A stretch of DNA of 62,886 bases, filler included, from Asterionella formosa (Eukaryota): NCBI GenBank assembly GCA_002256025.1. It is 9 parts of 9 records of this genome, joined end to end, with 100 filler letters (N's around TTAATTAATTAA, not from the genome) between each part and the next. Parts side by side here need not be neighbours in the genome. Positions count along the whole stretch, not along the records: positions 1 to 25,603 come from NKIB01001925.1; 8 more parts are not named here. One strand, written 5' to 3'. Shown one piece after another: positions 10,124-22,441 of this stretch; position 1 is the stretch's first letter; each line of letters starts with the position of its first letter. A program made the position numbers and the translations under genes. The notes beneath the pieces were generated by a model that saw only the letters and a program-made list of their open reading frames with translations, was not told the origin of the DNA and made no database searches.

Positions 10124-13100
10124 GAGTTTACCTGACCTGTTCGACACACTCTTGTGGCAAAAAATCGTGTGCCCCCCCCATTTTCTTTAAAACGGCAATT
10201 TAAAGTGCGGAATCGATAGCTGACCCTTCGTACTAGTATCTAAAACTTTTTTCAAATAAAGTTATGGTCGTTTCCGCAAAAACGTCCATTTTCGAGAATC
10301 CAAGAATCCTTACCAGTTCGCCAAGTACCACGCTTTACGGGCGCGCTACGGGAGAAATAGAAACAAATAAAAGCACGGTAGTTGTACAAGCTAAATATTT
10401 AACACGGTAGAATCACATGCAAATATGTAGTCTAGTGTGCTTCAACTCCTCTCGACTCTAGTTTAGTAGTTTAAACTGATGCTATGGGGTTGACAGTAGT
10501 CCTCTCCTCTCTACAGACACAAACAGATGCTCTTACAGCATTTCTCAATCCCTCTTTGTCCAATTTCATGACATTCACTTGTCGAGAGTCAGTGAAATAC
10601 CTCAACATGTCCTGGAGCTGCATGTTTGTCCACATAGCAATCGTATCCTCATTATGTATGGCTGCATCAATCAGTGGATTTATATGTGGCAAAATTGAAA
10701 GCTTCTTCTGCTCCAATGATGCTACCGCTGCCACCTTCTTTCTCTCCTTTTCCTGGGTCTCAACTTTATCTGCAATTGACCTTGCTTCCTTTGCCCTGTC
10801 ATTTTCTCCACGAATTTCGCCAACAATAGACATGACTTCATTCATCTCTTTAATTCTTTTCATTTGGCTTGCTGAATTCAATACCCTTGAGTAGCTGGCC
10901 ACATTGCCCTCCAACATATTGATTCTCCTCTTTGCAATCTTCTTCTTTGCTCCAACACCAATTGCATCAGAAATTACGGAACCGTGCAATACATTTTTCA
11001 TTGTAGGTTGTTGCAGTGAAAGTTGGTCCCCAGCACCTTATTGATATATCAAGGAATGCTGATGACTCCATATTCCTGTCTAGCTTATTCCAGTGTTGCC
11101 GGCAGACAAAATTTGTCATGTGATCAAACCAGACTTTCTGCAGTACATTGCAGTTTCGGTCTTTAGTGTACTTTTTCACCATCTTTTCGGGTTTCCAAGA
11201 AGCCATTCAAATGAATCTAAGCAGGTTAGGTTGCTTGCAGCTTGCCGTAATTCTGTTTGTGGTACTGGTTCTCCAGGTGGGCCTGTTTGTTTTTGGTCGA
11301 CAGCAAAGACACTGGCTGGGATCTTGTTTTGATACCATATAGGAAGCACGCATTTTGGGCATAGCCTCCAGTGATCCAAATTTAAGAAGAGAACGCTTAT
11401 TTGCCTTGTTCCATATTGGAGATCCAGGGTCGACATTGGCTGGAAATCGGTCAATCATATTTACCAGGGCATGTCGATCTTCGCTGCTGAGATTCTTCCA
11501 CAATGCAGGCATAGCATCAAAAAGGCTCCTTGTTGTGCTTTGCGCACTACCATGTTCATTTACAAAGAATCGTTCACCACATCATTGAAGAGATCCATCA
11601 ATTCTCTTAAGCCACTCAACAAAATCTACCCTGTAGTCTGGGTGAAGGTTTACCCTTTTGAAGGAGAAGATCCATGCATCTTTGCCTACTTTCTTCAATG
11701 CATTACAGCAAATCCCGATAAGATCCCACTGGTCTATGCATGACTCCAAGCTTGAATCGGATTTGGTCAAGCAAATCATGTATGTTTGTCTTTTCTGCCT
11801 TAGCAACAGATTGATCATAGGGCGGATTGACTGCACTTATTTCTCTTTCCTCCTTGACCACAAAGATTTTATGTTCATGAAAGACTTTTAGTGCTTCAGT
11901 GACATTAACATGACTACCAAAGCCATCAAGAGTGAGAACTACCCACCAGTTGGGGTGCTCACAAATGATAGGCATTTTCCGAATACCCTTTGAAAGGAAA
12001 GGAACAACTGTCATCCAGGTCTCATCAGTCATGTATGCTGATGGGGACATTATGACTTTGGAACCAAAATTAGCCTCGAGATTTTGAAGAGGTTTAACTG
12101 CCATTCTTTTGCCAGATGCAAGAAAGATCCATGGACCACTGGAACCTGCTGCATTGCCGATTCTAACAATTGAAATTGAGTCCCAACAATCATCAGTATT
12201 CTTTTCTTGTTTTCTCTTTGACAAGTCTCCCATCACTTTTATTGACCCAAGGTTTGCCATTACGCCAGACTCACCGATATTGCACATAAAATGGGCTTTC
12301 AGAGCACTGAACTCCTCATTTAAATGGTTCAGTTGGAGTTGCTCTTGCCAAACAGATTCTATGTTGCCGTGCCAGCGGAGCTGTTGCTCAATTGTTACCT
12401 GGGAACGCTTTGTAGCTAGTTGTCTTCTGTGCAGAAACTGTTCCACCTCCATGCTTCAAATTAGGAAACTTGCCAGCGCGGATCAGAAAGTCCAAGTGAT
12501 TCTCAGCTTGCTTCCATTTACAGCATCCAGTAAAGTCCATAACTAAAAGAATCATCTCCTTCCTTGTCATCCCATTGTTGTTGTTTTTTCTGAAGCAAGC
12601 TATACCTTGAAACTCATCTCTTTCTGACAATGTTGTTAAATATTTGGGTGAAGGACAAGTTGGGCGCAGCATTTCTTTGGTTGCAATTCCGACCAAATTC
12701 TTATTGTTGGGATTGGCAACCTTCAATTGTTTCCTTGCATCATACAATATTGATCTTGGAACTCTGTGAGTGCGCACAATATTTGCCTCATTCCCCCCTC
12801 CCATGATGTTAAATTCTTCCAACAGTACTTTGATGTTACAAGGCAAGTTCCAGTTCTTGTATCGACCGCGATGATTCTTCTTCGAAACTAGAGATTGACT
12901 CACTAAATTTTCAACATCATTCATTTCTTCTGTTATCACTGAATGGCTGCGCGTCTTGGCCTTGGTTGCCTTCATCGTTGTAGTTATTGCTTTTGCTATT
13001 ACTGTCACTGGTTTCTGATGAGACAAATCAGACTGATCCTTCGGAGGTTGTCCACGCCATAAAGGAATCCATCTAACAGAACAAGTAAACAAGAAAATGA

Positions 13101-13525
13101 GCACATTGCAATAACTCTGCTGGACATCCATTATTACTGGCATTGTTACTCACCCTTGTATGTCTCCAGACTCTTTCAGCCTTGCCTGTTTTTGCCTAGT
13201 CTTTGGCCTCCCAGACATGGTTTGATTGTTGCAATTGAATGTGCAGTGAGCAAGAAGAGTAAGTGACACAAATTAATAAAGATGACAAACATTCACCCAC
13301 CAGTGCGCAAAAATACTGAGTTTGCGATGTACATAAAAATTGTTGCACTGCTATTGTGTACCTTTTTACGACGGATTCGTGTAGCGCGCGCCAGCAGCAT
13401 TCTAAATCATTTATAATAATGAAAAAATATCCATAATTGGATGAACTAAAAAGAATACAAGATCCTACTGAAGTTCTACGGGGGCTGTACCACAAGGTCA
13501 AATCCAAAATTGGTCAGGTCAACTC
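10124..13525 (-). mobile_element. Full-length but decayed pogo-like (IS630-Tc1-mariner) DNA transposon
   Basis: TA|GAGTTTACCTGACC (10124-10137) ... GGTCAGGTCAACTC|TA (13512-13525), 13/14 TIR match with TA duplication. Fragmented minus-strand ORFs over 10471..13143 include GNAAGSSGPWIFL, AYMTDETW, WVVLTLDGFGSHV and VNPPYDQ. Confidence 0.85.
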
Positions 13526-14088
13526 TACTTCCCTGCTAAGAAATATGTATCTGGTACCTGGTACCAGGTACCCTACCGGTACAATACCTGATGGCATGGA
13601 GCAACCCAACGTATTCCTCGTATATATACCGGTATGCAAGTTCCGGTAATTTTGCTATATCTAGTTCCACGTATTACTTCGTTGTACTGGCAATTCTTAT
13701 TCCAATTCCAAATTGATACATGTGTCTCTTCTTGGTATCCCTTAAATAAACTAACCCGGCCGGCTTTTTGTTCCAATACATTTCTAGCTTTGATCTGATT
13801 TAGCAGATATGACACTTTTACAGTCGTAGCTAATCATCACATAAGACTACGACTTCAACAATAACATGAGTAATCATAACAACAGATGTGAAATAAGTTA
13901 TTTATCTCCAGAGAATTGATTGATTGCGAATTGGCAATTTGTATACAGTCCTTGAGGGAGCGGACGAATGTGAACGCAAGCACTCAGGTGTGCTGTCAAA
14001 ACTACCGGTAATGCCCTAGCATAGTCATAGGATAAAATGTGCAGCAGCCCATTCTTACATACCGCTACATATGAAACCTGGCCTACTG

Positions 14089-14495
14089 GAAGGTCCGGTA
14101 GCGCAAGTTTTCTGTGCACCTTTTCAGTTTTGACGCACTCCCAATGAATTGTCTCATGCCTGCCAAACAAGATAGGACAGCTTTCGATGAAAACACTATT
14201 CTTTAAGTAATTTAGGAAAACGTTATTCTCATTGACCGATGAAGATTTGCAGCATCCGTCTCTGAATTCGACTCGGATTTGCTGACTAAAGAACAGGTTC
14301 AGCAAACCGTCTTCTAGCTTCGGAATCCACATAGGAATCCTGGTACCCTACTACGTTTAGATCTTACTGACAATGACTAGAATATGCTGACTACGACTAG
14401 AATTTGTTTGCTGACTACGACTAGAACGTGCTGACAATGACTAGGATTTGCTGACTACGGCTAGCTAGAACTTGCTGACAGCGACTAGAATTTGC
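14089..14495 (+). mobile_element. Terminus of GAAGGTCC (Harbinger-like) family with about 20-bp subterminal tandem repeats
   Basis: CTG|GAAGGTCCGGTAGCGC at 14086-14104. About 200 bp aligns by eye with the reverse complement of about 39480-39680. TGCTGAC(T/A)A(C/T)GACTAGAA-type units recur about 6 times at 14367-14495. Confidence 0.7.
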
Positions 14496-15339
14496 GAATA
14501 ATAATAGATTTTTTCAATGACCCTTATGCCTATGAAGTATACACATACACAAACACAACCACCACTACCCCCTGATTGCCTTGCCAATACTGCATGTAAG
14601 CAGACTAACTAGAAGTAGTAGTATTTGTTGAATACATGAGCTTATTAGTTTATCCTTGTATGCAACTCGTTCTCTTAGATTGACATCAAGTATTCAATAA
14701 ATGTTAGTCGAGTTCTCTCCCCCTGATAGAGTTCTGATGTAATCTATGTAACCCTAACCCTATGGGTATATGTGTAGTTGCGTGGGAACTCTCACTCTCC
14801 AACACTAAGGGAAAACCTTTCACCTATGAAAACGTTTGAAACAACAAATATTAATTCGTTCATTAATATGCATAGTTTGTTGAAAAGTGACTGCGCCATT
14901 GGCATGTACCTGAATAATAGTATAAGGACCTTGTCCATGGCCGATCATCCAAGGTAGTTGCATTATCCAATACTACTAGGATTAGAATCTCGTCGCCAAC
15001 TTTGTAATCAGAAGGCAGACTGACAATGGAAATTAGTGCGACGGAGTCGTTCATCAATTATCACTTGTCCACGGTGATTTATTAATTGTAAATCTGTAAT
15101 AAAAAATATTTATTATCATATCCCGTTGGAAAACCCGCAATTTACTATGAATAGAATCTCAAGCTGCAAAACATGTATCCACAATATTCTGAGCTTGAAA
15201 TTACTTAATCGGAGGATGAGTCTTTAACATAACTCATAGACTGTTACTGATGGATTGATGTAGGCGTTCACAAATTGCAATAGCTTATGGATTCTTGACT
15301 TTAGTAGTAACATCTTTAATTCTTTTCAACACTTACATG

Positions 15340-16640
15340 GTGTGTAAGAAAGGAATACCAGCAAATTCACCTCCATTGTCATATATGCAATGTTCTGGAC
15401 GGGGATGCCGGGCTAACCAATCTTTTATTGTTGATGCGTGACATTTCTGCTAATTTGGTGACTGTATCAATACAAGTTAGAACACGAAATTCAATTGCTT
15501 GTGAAGCCACTGCTATCTTCCATGGACCAATTAAATCAACTGCAACTTCTGACCATCATGGTAATAACAATGCATTCCTAGGTGGAAGTTCACCATAACC
15601 AGCACCAGGTAATTTTGTATGTTGACACGCTTCATATGTGCTTATAGTATGTTCCACTCTTGCTTTTAGTGTGGGGTGATAAAAATTTGTAGAAATTGTA
15701 GCATTTAGTCTTGTGGTACCCACATGAGGTAGTACCTGATGATACCAATTAACATTAGGATCCAATAATGATGTAGGGATAGCAATACGCCAAGTATCCT
15801 CTGGATTCTTCCAAAAACATATTAAATGTATATCATGAAAATCGATAGAAGGAATTTTTAAAGAAAGTGTTTGTTGATTGAGAATCAATATCAACACCCA
15901 TCAAAGACTTAAACCTTGAAAGGCAAGAGATGGAATCTGCAATGTCATTATCAGTCCCCTTCACATAGTGAAAAGTAGGATGGTATTCTTCAATATAAAG
16001 CCTCCACCGAAGCACATGTTGAGTGTGTAAGGTGTTTTATTAGATAAGATAACTACAATGATCATTGTGAACATGGAGGACAGCACCCAATAACAAAGAT
16101 CAAAATTCTCCGAAGGTTTCTACCACAGAAAGTAATTATTTTTCAATAGTGGTATGATATTTCAGAGCAGCAGATAAATTGCGAGAATAATAAGCAACTG
16201 GGAGATCATTTTGCATAATGACTGACCCTAGTTGATAATCAGATGCATCAGTAAAACAATTAAAAGGAAAATTGTGATCAGGATAGTAACACAGTATTGT
16301 ATCGGTAACCAACAAGGCTTTCATGGTGTCAAAAGCTTGTTGATGGATTGTTAAGCATACAAATGGACCAGTTCCAATTAAATCCGTGAGTGGCCCAAGA
16401 ACATGAGATTGGCAAGGAAACATGTCGCGATAGTAAGTAGCCACAGCCAGAAAAGATCTGACTTGTTTGAGATTGGTAAGTGAAAAACACAGAAATTTTG
16501 ACTCTCCAAATCTAATGCAAACGTGTAATATTGCATAGACACATCCAATTTTGTGAAAAATGCATAGCCAGCATGTTCAGTGCTGAGAATGGTTTGTAGG
16601 CGAGGTAAAGAATATATAATGTGATTGATATGACCCCAGG
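15340..16640 (-). pseudogene. Ty3/Gypsy pol remnant (RT-RNase H-integrase)
   Basis: FTKLDVSMQYY (RT), FTDASDYQLGSVIMQ...VAYYSR...TTIEK and RWRLYIEEY (RNase H), WYHQVLPH...ACQHTK (integrase zinc finger), VAVDLIGPW, IYDNGGEF. Domain order is RT-RH-IN, with many stops and frameshifts. Confidence 0.88.
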
Positions 16641-17247
16641 CGTTCAACATATGATGAAGTAGAGTAGGCACAGGGTTAGCAATGTTAGTATGATAGCTTT
16701 CTGTAAGATTGCCACTCGATCCACCTTCACAACCACCAACATTTCCACAGCCACTGAAAACAGAATATCCACAGCCATTATGATGACCAGCTCGACTGCC
16801 TTGTGTAGAGGGTTTGAAAACAATTACCGGTACCTAAGGTAGTATGTGTGTACCTTCAGGGTGTACTGGGCAAGGGCCACGATAATATATGTACACATAC
16901 GACTTAAATTTCCACTGAGAACTCCCATCAGTTTCTGCGCAGCATTTTTGAAAACAGTCAAGTAGGTCCGGTAGCATAGTGACGCCATTGGGTTCATTTT
17001 CTTTCGAAAATGGCCAACAGATTAAGACTGCGAACCAAGGTTCGTCGACAATGCAGATCTATTACAGGCAAAAAAAGTAGTATTTCGATTCCAGCTATTG
17101 CTTTATGAGTAAAATCAGTCTCGACACCAGCTCACGACTCGCATGAGCACGGATGGTATGCTCATACGAGTGGAACTATCCCCGCATCTATTATCCACAA
17201 GCCTTCAAAATATCGCCTTCGCGGAATCCCTTTCAACTGATTCCGCA

Positions 17248-18732
17248 CTAACTATTGGGAAACTTCACACGAACATCGTCCTCCGTCAAGAACCCCGAAG
17301 TAATGTTTTGATTCATGTTGCCAGTAAAGAGGCGCCGTTCCCAGGAATTGATGTCAAAGTACAAGTATTGAGGAACACCACTGTTAAGAGCTGCCACGCC
17401 ATCTTGCGGAGTTGCACGCTTGAACCATCGTTTCAACTCGGAGTGATACCTCCATTCCCTAGTGTATAATTCTTGAGCCGAATACGCTTGCAGCACATCT
17501 TTTGGGAGAGCATAAAAAATGTAAAACAGTGTCTCCAGTTGGAACTTTGACAAATGACCAGTTTTTAGTGCCGGCGGTTGCATGTAGTAGCACATCGGTA
17601 GCTAAAAACAAGTATCGCAACATTGGTTAAACAAAATGGCTTCAGAATATTCTCCGATCCATTTGTTACTTACCTGATAATGAGGCTCTTTTGTCGCCGG
17701 TGCCTCTGAATATGGACTGCCAAAATTGCTGTACAGTTTCTCATTTGAATTCAGGTTCAATCCTAACATTGTCAGGTCTGTCCCCAATGCCAAAGCATTT
17801 CTATCTGCGTCTGTCATTCGAATAACACTCAGCAAGCCTAACAAGCCAAAATCTCCACCCAGCGCTGATCCTGCTACAGAACTAGCTGCTCCCGGTGCTT
17901 GCCCAGTAGACACAGTGCTCGATAGTTGATGACCCAGTACCGTCGCAGTTGGATTCGACGAAAGTCCACTCAGTCCTCCCGGACCCGCTCCACCCAAAAG
18001 TCCATTCCCGTCCAGGGCATTGTTTCCGCTTTCCATATCGCCAGAGTACAAACTCGTGCTGCCACTAGATGCCCCCCTCGATACTGATGGGCCCCCAAAG
18101 GCATGCCCAGTCACTAGAGAGGATACTACATTCCCGTCTAGCATTAAAGCAGAGTTTCCAGGCCCCGAAAGAACTCCATTCGATCCACTAATATTGCCAG
18201 TCGAGGGTGGAGCACCAGGTAAGGCCGGAAAATCCTCTGTTGCCATGTTAAAATTCGCGTTTGCTCCATTTGCACTAGACTGCATGGCAAGCCGGTAAAG
18301 ATTCGATGAGTTGGTCACCGCAGTTGAATTCTTGTTGACTCCTCCAAGCTGAAGCATTTGTTGATGTGCGAGTTGCTGTTGCTGTTGCTGTCGCAATGCG
18401 GCTGCGAGTCCGTTGCCCGTTGACGATGAAACAGATCCAGTTGAACTAAGAGTTCCACCTCCAGATCCAGGTGCGCCTCCTCCCAAACTCGGAAAGTCGT
18501 TGATATCAAAAGTTGAGCTGGAGGTAGGTCCGCTAGATATGTCATTCCCATATCCGTTGCCGAGAGTTCCTCCACCAAACGCACCTCCAGAGCCGAGCAA
18601 AAGTTCAACTCCCGATGATTGACCGCTTCCAAACATCCCAAGATTAAGAAATTCTGATCCACCAGTTGAACCGACTCTCCCGTCTACGGAAGATGCCGAT
18701 GAAGAGCTCGTTGATACCGGAACTGTCTCCAT
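17248..18732 (-). CDS. NOT2: CCR4-NOT subunit NOT2/CNOT2; exons 18732-17674 and 17601-17248
   Basis: FGLLGLLSVIRMTDADRNALALGTDLTMLGLNLNS...LYSNFGSP. A 72-nt GTAAGT...TAG intron (17673-17602) joins HYQ to LPMCYY...ETLFYIFY...AQELYTREWRYH (NOT box). Repeated EDFPAL/NDFPSL motifs. Start codon uncertain. Confidence 0.9.
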
Positions 18733-19476
18733 ATGAAACCACTAGTTCCGACTGTGGACAAAACGGAGGAAGTGTGAGGTGAACAATGAAAAAGGTCGTA
18801 ATTTGCGACGAAACAAGCTTGCGACGGGCCATTAGCTCCTCCCAGACATCCCAGCAGATTCGTACAGTTGTGTTTTGCCAGCGAAGCAAGAAGAGTCAAA
18901 CGAAGGGCTTTGAGCCTTGCACCAGCGGTGACAGCAATGGTTCCTTTCTGGTTTGCGACACTCGCGATCCTATACTACAAAACACGTAGAAGTCTACGGG
19001 GAAAAGCGGTGGCAGCAATTCGGCCCACTCTTTGGACTAATTTTCACCTCTAGCTCCCTTTTCAAACGCATTCAAATGTCCTGACCTGATCTAATGGTGA
19101 GATTGCCTCCCAGTGATGGCGATTACAAGTCTCGTCGTCCTTTGATGCTAGAGAGACTGCCGTTCGTTATTGCTTGTCCATCGAGAGACGGACGGACATA
19201 ACCCCTTTCATCATTTCGATTTTTGGGATGCTCGTTTGGCAGTGAGTAGTCTACTCGTCTGCGGCGTTCACAGTGCAAGCTGTGCACAGTCAACCGCAAG
19301 TTTGTAGGCTTGTCCGAAGATCGGTAAGTTCAACCCAGTGTCGGTGACCAGTACCAAGACCCACGACGATCAACACCAACCCAAGATCTGCTCTTTCCTC
19401 AGCTGCCTTTCGATCGTTCGACGGCTCGTCGCCGAGCGGATCTCATTCATCTCGTTTGATTCCTCCTCTTGTCACT

Positions 19477-20373
19477 ATGAAGACTGCTGCTATCCTCGCC
19501 CTTTGTGCCGGTTCTGCCGCTGCTTTCGCCCCTGCTTCCAAGCCTGTACGTTATTGCGACTACCAGCATCAATGGATTGGATACATCCACTACTTGCCTA
19601 TTGTTGTCCCATTGTCACACAATCCTGCCAAACTGTTCCATCAGGCGACACGGAGTGGCTGTGTTGATCGTTTCATTGCTGACTTGCCGAGTTCTTGCTT
19701 CACTTGGCTCACTCTTTCCTTCTCTTGTCACAGGCTGCCACCACGGCTCTCTTTGAGACCACGGAAGTTGGAGCTACCGCCCCTCTTGGATTCTTCGACC
19801 CTCTCGGGTACATCACCGACGATGATAAGTTCATCCGCTACCGTGCGGTTGAGCGCAAGCACGGCCGTGTCGCGATGATGGCCATGCTCGGAACTTTCGT
19901 CCACAACAACAAGTGGACATTTGATGGATACCTTTCCCCTTCCCAGAACTTGAAGTTCTCTGATATCGACTCCGGTATTGGAGGGGCCTTCCAGATCCCT
20001 CCTGCCGGTCTCCTCCAGATCATCCTTTTCTGTGGATTTATCGAACTTGCCTGGTGGCCTGGTGCCAAGCTTGATGGCGACTACGGTGTCAGGCTCGGAA
20101 AGATCAACAACTGGGAGCAGGAGCCTTCCAAAGAGCTTCGTCAGAAGAACGCCGAACTTAACAATGGGTAAGGAGATGTGAGGGGGGGGGAGGCAGAATA
20201 GATATTGTCGCTTTGCGTATCTCACGTTTTGTTTCTTTTTCTTTGACAGACGTGCTGCTATGATGGCAATTTTCGGGGTCTTCACCCAGGAAGTCTTCAC
20301 TGGACAGAACCTTGCTGAACAGTTCAGTTCTGGACACGTCTCCCCTTTCGGTGATGGACAGGGTTTCTTCTAA
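19477..20373 (+). CDS. Fucoxanthin-chlorophyll a/c light-harvesting protein; exons 19477-19545, 19734-20167, 20250-20373
   Basis: Signal peptide ending AAA-FAP; GATAPLGFFDPLG, AVERKHGRVAMMA, AELNNGRAAMMA. Two GT-AG introns restore the frame. Confidence 0.95.
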
Positions 20374-20700
20374 AGCGACTAGAGAATGAGTCGCCAAGAA
20401 ATAGAGAATGAAAAATACAACAAACTTGCTTCCTTTGATGATCTGATTCCCTTACGAGCATTAGTGCAATCTCGGAGAGAGTTTGGGATCATGCTACACA
20501 CGTAAATTGTGCCCTCTTTTTCTGAGGGGTGCGCAAATGGCAATCAAACCTACTAGTAACTTGTTTCGTTGCTGTTGAGGATTCTCTTCGTATTCTATCT
20601 ATTAGTGAGGTGCTGCAAGTATTGTGGCGCATGTACTTGTCCGCCGTAAAAATCCCACAGCATTATGACAGGGTAATAACAGGACGCCTGCTATCACCCT

Positions 20701-21371
20701 CTATGCATTGTTCGGATCCATTTCATTGCCTTCGCGATCGTACAGAGTTAGCTTGAAAGTCTCGGTATCAACGTCGAGCTTTCCTCCTAGTACCTTCATG
20801 AATGCGTTGTGATGTACGTAGAGTTTTGGTAGCCCATCATCGCAACTTTCTACTGGCGGTTTTGCAGTTCCGTCCCCCAGGATTTCCAGCGAGACGCTGC
20901 TTAGGAAAATCAGGGTTAACGAGTTGTTAGTGGCAAATTACAAATGCAAATGCAAGCCATGAAACAAGGCGAACAACCGTACCTTTCATCATTTTTTCCC
21001 AGTTGACCGGCCCGGACAAAATCAAACGCAAAAACCATTCGAGGCTCCCCAGTAGAAGATTGATGATAGTTGAGCATGATCCCAATCACGTTTTTATCGT
21101 CCTCTTTACCTTTCAGCAAAGCCTTGAAAAATTTGCGTGCCGTTTCGGTCAACAGAAGTGGGGCCTTCCTTGGGATAAATGCGTGTGACCGCTTGGCTGC
21201 CATCTTGGGTACTTTTAGTGGTTGTGCTGTTGACGAGAACGCCTGTGGATGCTGTCTTGAAACTTGTTTCGCATGTCTCATCAAGGAGCTGAAGGGTGCA
21301 GGTGTCCCAACCATCACTCCAACTGTTTGTAGACAAAGTGGCTTGACTGCTGCTGATGCGAAGCGATTCAT
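20701..21371 (-). CDS. HesB/IscA-like fold protein, probably mitochondrial; exons 21371-20983 and 20896-20701
   Basis: Basic presequence-like N-terminus, then KAPLLLTETARK...FAFDFV...DE. An 86-nt GTACGG...CAG intron is followed by KLYVHHNAFMKVLGGKLDVD...DPN, parallel to IscA 'vDxxSxxyLxGxxlDy'. Confidence 0.65.
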
Positions 21372-21827
21372 TTCTTGTCTTTGTCGATTCCTTGTCGTTT
21401 ATGTTATACTGGTTGGTGCGTTGGCAATCAATCAATTGAAAGATGGGTTTTGATGTGATCCCGTGACAAGTAGAATAATTAATGTGTTTGTTGCTGTATT
21501 GCGTCGAAATCCAAAGGACAGGAGGTCGATAGAAGGATGTGAATGGCACAAGAATCAGTGCGGGTGGTGTATAATACGAATACAAAGTAAACGTAAAATG
21601 CTCCAGGCAATATAGGAAGAATCCAAAAAAGTCGCGTTCCATCATAAAAATTGGAAAAAACTGAAGGTTAGACACGACTGTTCGAGGCTAGGGAGGCGCA
21701 AATAGGCTGACAGAACGAGTGGCGCCCCCGGCGCTGTAAGAAGGTCAACCTGCGAGGGTCTCCCAGGTCTAGTAAACAAGATTACGAGTACCGGTAGGCA
21801 GACTCCTCCCAAGTAGGGTCTTAACTA

Positions 21828-22288
21828 GGCAATTCCCGCTCCAGCTATCGTCTTGCCATTCGGGTACTTCTAAGTAATTTTTAGGCTTTAAGTAATTTCT
21901 TAAGTAATTTTATTTAGGGGCAATATGGGGTACATCGAATTTTTCGGCATCAAAATTGCTGATTTTAGGATGACACCCAGAGTGACGGTAAAATACATAG
22001 AAATGGTACAACAAGCGTAAAACACATGAGAATGATTGTAACATGCAACATCAATGAAAATTGAACATGAAGCAACCAAAGTATGAAATGCATCATTCTC
22101 GTGTGTTTTACGCTTGTTGTACCATTTCTATGTATTTTACCGTTACTCTGGGTGTCATCCTAAAATCAGCAATTTTGATGCCGAAAAATTCGATTTACCC
22201 CATATTGCCCCTAAATAAAATTACTTAGAGCCTAAAAATTACTTAGAAGTACCCGAATGGCAAGACGATAGCTGGAGCGGGAATTGCC
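21828..22288. repeat. Long inverted repeat (foldback), about 200-bp arms and a 55-bp spacer
   Basis: 21828-22036 is nearly the exact reverse complement of 22092-22288, with a few substitutions and one 12-nt indel. Confidence 0.95.
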
Positions 22289-22441
22289 GAACAAATCACT
22301 CACTCTGTTCAGGGAATTAGACTTACACCATCACCGCTATCAAGATCACATGGTTCAGCTGCAGGTACAGGGAGACTAATAGCTCACGCGTACCTATACT
22401 TTGTTCCTAGTGTTTGCACTAAAACGGGATCTGATTTCGCG

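Noticed and set aside
14367..14495. Regular ~20-bp repeats as a CRISPR array
   Set aside because: Units are tandem with no unique spacers, there are no cas genes, and they lie within a TE terminus.
14750..14762. AACCCTAACCCTA as a telomeric repeat
   Set aside because: Only two units, internal; compatible with chance.
19728..20300. 190-aa antisense ORF over the LHC gene, and similar shadow ORFs over FAD2, PRS and NOT2
   Set aside because: These are codon-bias shadows of well-supported genes, with no recognisable motifs.
22350..22441. Upstream coding exon for PRS (ATGGTTCAGCTGCAG|GT)
   Set aside because: Splicing to the nearest AG (22410) gives an immediate stop and is out of frame with the main ORF.
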